Virus record (IMG/VR): IMGVR_UViG_3300027744_000848
Location: 1-42,569 of that record
Reading direction: 5' to 3' (one strand)
DNA: 42,569 bases
Source of the DNA: a virus
Lineage: Duplodnaviria > Caudoviricetes
The notes below the pieces were generated by a model. The model was not told where the DNA came from, searched no databases, and saw nothing but the letters and a program-made list of their open reading frames with translations. The position numbers and the translations under genes were made by a program. Of the stretch, positions 36,277 to 42,569 are shown one piece after another. Within the stretch, counting starts at the first letter, position 1, and each line of letters begins with the position of its first letter.

Positions 36277-38316
36277 TTAAAAATTAAGATATAGTTTAAC
36301 TTGTTCTTTAGTAATGCCAGTTCTATCAATAGGTTGAATATTTTTATAATAGAATATCTCGCCTGAATATGGCACTATGTCTGAAATATTTATAACAGTA
36401 ATCGTACATGTTTTACCGGTATCTTTCGATAAAACGGTTTCATATGGTTGGAATGTGCCGATCACACCCAACACGTACATACTAGTAGTGTTCATATAAG
36501 CAACAGTAGCAGTAGCTCTGCTATTTAACCCGCTTACTGTATCACCCGAATTGAATATGTTCGTAGTATTAAACAAGTTAAAATTTAACATGTTATTAAA
36601 TTTATTGCTATTTAAAGTGCTCAAATCTAATGAAGAAGAAGGGTTGTATAACAATCCAATCTGTCTATATTTTGCCCATGATGGAAATTCATCTGTTGTG
36701 GATGTTTCTACAGAAAGACCCAATACATCGGATCCTAATTCTGATATAACATCAGATCCGTGTCCTCCAGGAGGAGATATTATAGGATAGGCAGAAGCAA
36801 GTGATCCAAATTCAGAATTAGCTATGATAGTAATGTCTGCATACGAATAGTTTCTGCCCTTGTTTTCTACTGTTATAGCTGTCAAAGCACCTGTGTTGGC
36901 ATTGATAGTAGAATATGCAGTAGCACCCGTACCATCTCCTGTTATTTTAACTTGAGGAGACATTCTATATAAAGATGTGCTATCCAAGCCTACAATATCA
37001 GTTGAAGTAGTGACAAACTTTCCAGACGTATTAACGACATAGGAATCAACAACAGACAATGCAGGCGAACCTGTTCCTGAATAAACATAGAATGCAGATT
37101 TACCATATGCTCCATTGATGATCGAAGCACCAGAGTTTGCTATTTTAAAACTTTTATTGGTGATTACTTGATCGATGCTTCCATTAGCATCGATATAATT
37201 CTTACCAGCATTATCTATGACCATCACATGCAATCCGCCTTTTATGGCGGCTCTTGCAACTGTTGAATTTGGAACTACGGGAAAATAATCAACAGTATCG
37301 AACTTTTTCCTGGATGCTGAATCAGTTGTAAACAAGTATTTCCAGACATATCCGTCACCCGTAGTAGTAAAATCACCACTCGTCTGTGTAGTATCTGGTT
37401 GTACAGTAGATTTGACTCCGTAATTATTAAATAGACACTTATACACTCTATTTTTATTATTAATTACATAGAAATTTTTAGTATAGAGATCAGGATCTAG
37501 ATGCGAATAGTAATCATAAACAGTATTACCTGTCCATGTGATTCTGTTTGCTATATATCCAATATCAGATCCTAATACTTTTTTGCCAAATAATATATTA
37601 GAGTATACGTTATAGAACGATTCTTTTATAGAAGTATTGGTAACAGGAGGATTTGAATCATCAGGCCATTCAAAAAATTTACCAAAGGTAACATAATAAT
37701 TCGAACCAGTGCTGACAACTGTGGTGTTACCGGTGGCAGTGATGCCTTGTAGAAAGTGTCCAGATTGTGTCAATCCTTTTGTAAGTGTTATTCTAGGACC
37801 GCCACTTGTTTCGGATAAAGCTATCTTTGTTGTATTGGCATGCTGAACATAATAAATTACACCTGATACTATAGGACTTATCGCTGTATTACCCTCAGCA
37901 ACAATATATCTGATCTGATCACCTGCCTGAAATACAGCTGTTCCATATTGAGCAGATAATACTGATACTGAAATTGTACTGTTAGCATCCGTAGTTAACC
38001 CAGTGCTTGATCCACCCGTAACAGCACTATTTGCATTAAAAGAAGTAATTACGGGAGCAGAAAAAGTAAGATTTGGATTTATATCATAATCTGCGCCAGC
38101 AAATATGATATTGGTATTTAAAATCTTACCTGTGTTATCTGCTATACCATCCGCAAGTGCATTTCCTGTACTAAACAATATAGATGCATTAGCAGCATAT
38201 CCAGTACCATTATTTGTTATATTAATCTTTGAGACTGATAATCCAGATCCAGCAATATCACTTTTCATTTCTTCAATGAATTTATTTTTAATGTTTCTAT
38301 TAAATATTCCAGCCAT
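36277..38316 (-). CDS. gp8: Baseplate wedge subunit gp8-like
   Basis: W.....YD.Y, FYV.N...VYKCL.N, DGYVWKYLF, ISPPGGHGSD, RQIGL, SGEI.Y..N..PI.R....E.VK. Confidence 0.85.
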   Translation of the reverse strand: MAGIFNRNIKNKFIEEMKSDIAGSGLSVSKINITNNGTGYAANASILFSTGNALADGIADNTGKILNTNIIFAGADYDINPNLTFSAPVITSFNANSAVTGGSSTGLTTDANSTISVSVLSAQYGTAVFQAGDQIRYIVAEGNTAISPIVSGVIYYVQHANTTKIALSETSGGPRITLTKGLTQSGHFLQGITATGNTTVVSTGSNYYVTFGKFFEWPDDSNPPVTNTSIKESFYNVYSNILFGKKVLGSDIGYIANRITWTGNTVYDYYSHLDPDLYTKNFYVINNKNRVYKCLFNNYGVKSTVQPDTTQTSGDFTTTGDGYVWKYLFTTDSASRKKFDTVDYFPVVPNSTVARAAIKGGLHVMVIDNAGKNYIDANGSIDQVITNKSFKIANSGASIINGAYGKSAFYVYSGTGSPALSVVDSYVVNTSGKFVTTSTDIVGLDSTSLYRMSPQVKITGDGTGATAYSTINANTGALTAITVENKGRNYSYADITIIANSEFGSLASAYPIISPPGGHGSDVISELGSDVLGLSVETSTTDEFPSWAKYRQIGLLYNPSSSLDLSTLNSNKFNNMLNFNLFNTTNIFNSGDTVSGLNSRATATVAYMNTTSMYVLGVIGTFQPYETVLSKDTGKTCTITVINISDIVPYSGEIFYYKNIQPIDRTGITKEQVKLYLNF

Positions 38317-38320
38317 GGTA

Positions 38321-40252
38321 TTACCCGCCTGATGAAATTATAACGCCTCTGGCATTATAAGTTGTAGTAGTTTCTGCTATTATATTCTGATCAAATTTAT
38401 TTGTGTCTATTATCAATGGTTTGCCAAACATTTTGTTTCCGACAGGATGAGTTAGTTTTTTAATTACATCGATGTATTTATCTAATGATTTTTCTACTTG
38501 TATTTCATAAGAAAATTCCTGGTAGTAATCGCTGTCCGTAACATATTTATCGGAATTTAAGAACCCGCTATTATCTAACCATTCGCCTTCTTCAGTAGCA
38601 ATACCACCAACTATCATATCCAGCACAGCTGTAAAATCAGTATTTGATTGATTGGTAAATTCTATTTGCTCACCTTCAGTATTGAAAGTATATCCAGACG
38701 ATAATAAAGATACATCATATATGACACCGTTACCTGAAGCAAGCCCACCAGAGACAATTGCATTGTTGCCCCATAATTCTCCATCCTCATCTACTATGTT
38801 ATATCCCCACACTCTTTTTTCAAATACTGTGGGTTGAACTGAACCATTATATTTGCGATCTCCTGATGTGATAGCTCTCAATGATTTTATAGTTCCTATT
38901 AGCATGGTAGTATCAGCAAGACAGTTACCCAGAACAGAATCAATAGTCCCAACATTAAGATTTGCGCTAAATTGAGTATTTGCTTGAAAATAATGTCCAT
39001 TTGCTTGTACACCAGCTCTGGTGGCAGGAGTCAGCGTTATCCTTGATCCGCCTACAGTTGTCGAGAGAGCAATCACAGTATTATTCGAATGCTGTACATA
39101 GTATAAAGTATTGTTAGCAAGACCTGTTATTGCTGTATTTCCTTCAAGAGCTCTGTATACTACACCTCTACCATATTGAAACGTGTTAGAATTGGTTACT
39201 GTTATCGTGCTGTTTGCGTCTGTAGATAATCCTGTGCTTGCTCCGCCAGTTACAGCACTATTAGCATTAAACTGTGTGTTGGCAGGAGCGATGATAGTGT
39301 TTGCTTCTGGATCAATCAGATTGGTGTTGTATGTAAAAAGAGATGTGTTAGAGATAGATCCTACTTTGAATCCTGCACCTGAACCTTCAGAAGCAAATTT
39401 CCTGGTCACTGTAACAGGACTATCTACAGCATAACCATATCCACCTTTGAGTAATTTAAAATTGATATAGCCTTTTGCTTGTTCTGGATCTAATATTGTT
39501 TTTACTTCAAACTGCAATCCAGATCCAGACGTGCTTTCGGTAGTCAATATATCACCGGGAGCATGATTCTCGTCTGAACCCGATACAATTGCGCCAACAA
39601 CAGATCCTCGTATCAACGTTGCTTGCCTGATATCCAGGCCCTCGTACATCACATATTCACCAGGAACAAACAAATCTCCGCTAGGACCTGGCACTATATC
39701 AGTTAGATATAGGATATGAGATGAATTTACTTGTTGATTTATTTTAGCCACTGACATTACATATGCAGTAGCACCGGAGGTTGTTCCGCGTATTAGTTTG
39801 TTATCGTATGCGTAATTTAACGATCTTTCTTCCACTTCAATATATTGTTTTCTAGACCATTTTCCATCAGATAACATCAAAACATCATCTTGAGGAACAA
39901 ATACTTCTATCTCAAGATTATAAAGAAGTCTGAATAATAACTTCAAACCTTCTATAGAACCTTTTGATCTATACACATCTAATATGTGTTTTTCTAGAAG
40001 AGCTTTATCAGAAAGCACATCTTTAGGAATGCCATTCATATATTTTGAAAAGAAAAAATCTATATATTCTTCGCTCACACCATCGATATCTGATGTCTCA
40101 ATCAGATTTCTAGATTTTGCTATAGGTCCTTGTTCATCCATCCACTCATAATAAGCAGCGATGAACTGGACAAAATTGTCACCCTCTTCTCTATAAAAGT
40201 CAGGAAACTGGTGCTTTACTAACGGGGCAATGTTTTTTAAATCTGTGATCAT
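38321..40252 (-). CDS. gp7: Baseplate wedge protein gp7-like
   Basis: QFPDFYREE...FV.F..AYYEW, Y.SKG..E....LFR.LY, DSDYYQEFSYE, HPVG.K.FG; position between gp6 and gp8. Confidence 0.7.
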   Translation of the reverse strand: MITDLKNIAPLVKHQFPDFYREEGDNFVQFIAAYYEWMDEQGPIAKSRNLIETSDIDGVSEEYIDFFFSKYMNGIPKDVLSDKALLEKHILDVYRSKGSIEGLKLLFRLLYNLEIEVFVPQDDVLMLSDGKWSRKQYIEVEERSLNYAYDNKLIRGTTSGATAYVMSVAKINQQVNSSHILYLTDIVPGPSGDLFVPGEYVMYEGLDIRQATLIRGSVVGAIVSGSDENHAPGDILTTESTSGSGLQFEVKTILDPEQAKGYINFKLLKGGYGYAVDSPVTVTRKFASEGSGAGFKVGSISNTSLFTYNTNLIDPEANTIIAPANTQFNANSAVTGGASTGLSTDANSTITVTNSNTFQYGRGVVYRALEGNTAITGLANNTLYYVQHSNNTVIALSTTVGGSRITLTPATRAGVQANGHYFQANTQFSANLNVGTIDSVLGNCLADTTMLIGTIKSLRAITSGDRKYNGSVQPTVFEKRVWGYNIVDEDGELWGNNAIVSGGLASGNGVIYDVSLLSSGYTFNTEGEQIEFTNQSNTDFTAVLDMIVGGIATEEGEWLDNSGFLNSDKYVTDSDYYQEFSYEIQVEKSLDKYIDVIKKLTHPVGNKMFGKPLIIDTNKFDQNIIAETTTTYNARGVIISSGG

Positions 40253-42084
40253 TATTGTCTATATGCGGTTACGTTTATTGATACCTCATCATAATCTATC
40301 TTGAGGTATTTGCTTTCTTGTACAACAATATCATCATTTATTACTTTAGCAAATATCTTGATATTCGTATCATAATCATAAGGATTGAGATCAAATGCCA
40401 ATTCACCTGTATCATAATTGACAGTTCCTATATTAGATTCTAATATCTGTTGAACTATTGTATCTGTGATCTTATCATACATTATATAATACAATCTAAG
40501 AAATCCATTACCATCATCACTCAGAGTAACCTGTCCCTGAGGTGTGGTAGAATTGTAATATACGCCATCTTTAAAATAATCAAACAAGCTGCTTCTGATA
40601 CATTCAGTTTCATTAACAATATAAGGAGCTCGTAAAGGTCTTGCTAAAGGATTTGAGAAAGAAAAGGCAATTCTCTGTTTGATGCCTTTTGTAGGGACGA
40701 TGGCGTATATTGTTCTAAGCGTTGTTTGATTGCTGACAATTGAAGTGTCTGCAGAATCAATCAGGGAAGACAATCTAGATTTACGAAGATCGTTTCCGAA
40801 ATCATTCAGATATGTTGTTTCATATGACTGAACTTTGCTTAAAACATCTGATTTAAGTTGCTGTATACTTTTAGCAGTTAATGAAGGATTATAACTAACA
40901 GCAGATTGAATCTCGATATACATGTATTCAGGATCTTTGATCACAGGTTCTGTTGTAATGCTTTTTGTTCTTAAGTATGCAACGATATCCGTCTTTAGTT
41001 CTGCAGAGACGACAGGAAAATTACCGTATGGAATCATGCTGATAATTACTTTGCCATACTGTGGAGGAATAGCATTCTCTCCTCCGTATACATTGACAGT
41101 TTTGATCTGCGGATATTTCTCGATGATCAGCGTCGTATAATCATCCTTGGTGACAGCTCTATTCTGAGCAGCAAAATGTCTCGGAGCATTTAATTTGATA
41201 GATTCTATCGTTTCTCTTTCTGATCCATCTGCAGCAGAAATATTAGTTGTCACGGTGACAGGATATGACGATGTATCTCCTACCGCAGTAGATATCGCAA
41301 AGTTAACAGCTTTGTTACCTAACTCTCCATTTGTAGATCTATATTTGACCTTTACTATGTTTCCATTAGCCAATGCTTTACCAGAAATTCCATCGCCAAA
41401 AACGATCTCATATTGATCATTATTATAGCCTTGAACAAAGTATATTTCTGAATTTGAAGTCAGTCCGTATAACGTATCTGCTTTTGTGTATATTGTATTA
41501 GAAGTATCAGATGCTGAATTGATCACAGTAACTCTGATACTATTAGTATCGATGTTGGAAGAATCTAACGAGTATCGTACTGTTCCATCAACAGTAAAGA
41601 ATTCGTATACGATCTTGCCTTCATAAACATATACAGAATCGCTAACATATCCTACATCTGATCTGTTGACAGTTATAGATTCATCAGTAGTAAAATCCAT
41701 ATTGATTCCATCAATAATAGTTCTAATAGTATAGTTTTCTGGAATAACAACATTGATAGGAATATCGCCACCTGTATTGATAGCAAAGGTAACCTTTGCT
41801 CTTGCGGATGTTCTAGATCTCGGTATATAATTTAATTCTTTTGCATGAGATACGATTGAATTTCTTAACTGCGAAGAATCTAAGAACATCTCGCTGCCTA
41901 TCATGTTAAGATAGAAAGCATTCATGTAAGTATTATATGACAAGACATCTAACAGAGAATTGAGATTAGATCCTTCAAAATCATAATCTTTAAATTGTGT
42001 CTTAGATTTCATAAAGGTCTTAAGGTTGTTTTTGATACCGTCAAAACTTAATTCTGAAACGTCTAGGAATCCTGTATTGGCCAT
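40252..42084 (-). CDS. gp6: Baseplate wedge subunit gp6
   Basis: L.FD.IK.NL..F......F.DYDFEGS, E.FLDS...R.S.VSHAK.L.Y.PRS, FGDG..GK, AP..FAAQNRAVT..DY. Confidence 0.92.
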   Translation of the reverse strand: MANTGFLDVSELSFDGIKNNLKTFMKSKTQFKDYDFEGSNLNSLLDVLSYNTYMNAFYLNMIGSEMFLDSSQLRNSIVSHAKELNYIPRSRTSARAKVTFAINTGGDIPINVVIPENYTIRTIIDGINMDFTTDESITVNRSDVGYVSDSVYVYEGKIVYEFFTVDGTVRYSLDSSNIDTNSIRVTVINSASDTSNTIYTKADTLYGLTSNSEIYFVQGYNNDQYEIVFGDGISGKALANGNIVKVKYRSTNGELGNKAVNFAISTAVGDTSSYPVTVTTNISAADGSERETIESIKLNAPRHFAAQNRAVTKDDYTTLIIEKYPQIKTVNVYGGENAIPPQYGKVIISMIPYGNFPVVSAELKTDIVAYLRTKSITTEPVIKDPEYMYIEIQSAVSYNPSLTAKSIQQLKSDVLSKVQSYETTYLNDFGNDLRKSRLSSLIDSADTSIVSNQTTLRTIYAIVPTKGIKQRIAFSFSNPLARPLRAPYIVNETECIRSSLFDYFKDGVYYNSTTPQGQVTLSDDGNGFLRLYYIMYDKITDTIVQQILESNIGTVNYDTGELAFDLNPYDYDTNIKIFAKVINDDIVVQESKYLKIDYDEVSINVTAYRQ

Positions 42085-42474
42085 TTATCTTACTCTTCTT
42101 AAGACGAAATCTAATGTTATTGGTGATATATTATTTACTAGCGAAAATACGATAGTTACTTCATAAGCATTATTATCAGGAAAACCTTTTGCTGTGATGC
42201 TTATAAGTCGAGCTCTGGGTTCATAATTGTTTATAGTGTCTGCAATCTTCTCTTTTAAGACGTATTCGGTATCTTGACTTATATTCTCAAACAGTGTCTG
42301 GCGTATGCCCGAACCCAATCCCGGATTAAAGAACCTCTCGTAAGGATCTGTCAATAGTAAGTTACGAATAGATCTTTTTACCGCAACCTCATTGGTTATC
42401 AATACCAGATCCTCTTTGACAGGATGGATATCAAAATTAGTAGGTATATCTGAATAAAATACGGTGCTTGCCAT
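42085..42474 (-). CDS. gp25: Baseplate wedge subunit gp25 (start reassigned to MASTVF)
   Basis: YSD....F..HP...DL....NE.AVKRSIRNL.LT...ER.F.P..GS....LFE, YEPR. Confidence 0.92.
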   Translation of the reverse strand: MASTVFYSDIPTNFDIHPVKEDLVLITNEVAVKRSIRNLLLTDPYERFFNPGLGSGIRQTLFENISQDTEYVLKEKIADTINNYEPRARLISITAKGFPDNNAYEVTIVFSLVNNISPITLDFVLRRVR

Positions 42475-42478
42475 CGTA

Positions 42479-42486
42479 TATTTATA
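42479..42486 (-). promoter_or_regulatory. T4-type late promoter TATAAATA
   Basis: Exact consensus 4 nt upstream of the gp25 ATG. Confidence 0.7.
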
Positions 42487-42568
42487 ATGATGTCCGACAA
42501 GCATTTAGATACTGCGGATTGTATTTTTGAATGTCATTGGCAGTAGAAGATGCTAGTGCCCATCCCTG
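42482..42568 (-). CDS. 3' end of an upstream gene, truncated by window edge
   Basis: Open frame ...QGWALASSTANDIQKYNPQYLNACRTSL* with stop overlapping the late promoter. Confidence 0.45.
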   Translation of the reverse strand, partial: QGWALASSTANDIQKYNPQYLNACRTSL

Positions 42569-42569
42569 T

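Noticed and set aside
136-41416. Many short plus-strand ORFs (often Pro-rich) and alternative-frame ORFs in the track
   Set aside because: Antisense or frame shadows of Gly-rich and repeat-coding genes, without RBS or recognisable motifs
1-42569. Genome-wide stop codon reassignment
   Set aside because: Long ORFs are intact under the standard code, and TGA, TAA and TAG all end genes at sensible boundaries
1-42569. tRNA, rRNA, introns, transposases or invertase-driven fibre switching
   Set aside because: Intergenic gaps are all short (under ~70 nt) and I saw no such motifs, recombinase or inverted cassettes by eye

Overview
Late (virion structural) region of a large T4-like myophage, with gene order resembling the cyanophage/pelagiphage-type T4 relatives; the host cannot be determined from this window. 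Almost everything is on the minus strand. In transcription order: baseplate wedge genes (gp25, gp6, gp7-like, gp8), a DUF4815/VrlC-like structural protein split into three ORFs (the middle one ends in a Hint/intein-like domain), a tail fibre with a C-terminal S74 chaperone, then a ~24 kb array of modular fibre genes. The array holds proline-poor collagen-like stalks (G-Y/F-T-G-S-x), ~110-aa adaptor-like proteins, three glycine-rich adhesin-like paralogs and two multi-LamG proteins, and most modules start at a T4-type late promoter (TATAAATA). The only long plus-strand gene is a three-domain glycosyltransferase with its own late promoter, divergent from the largest collagen gene. Main hypotheses: (1) a plug-and-socket docking code building a branched multi-adhesin fibre, (2) phage-encoded glycosylation of these fibres, (3) Hint-mediated autoprocessing at a split point of a structural protein. 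All family assignments come from motif recognition by eye, not database searches.
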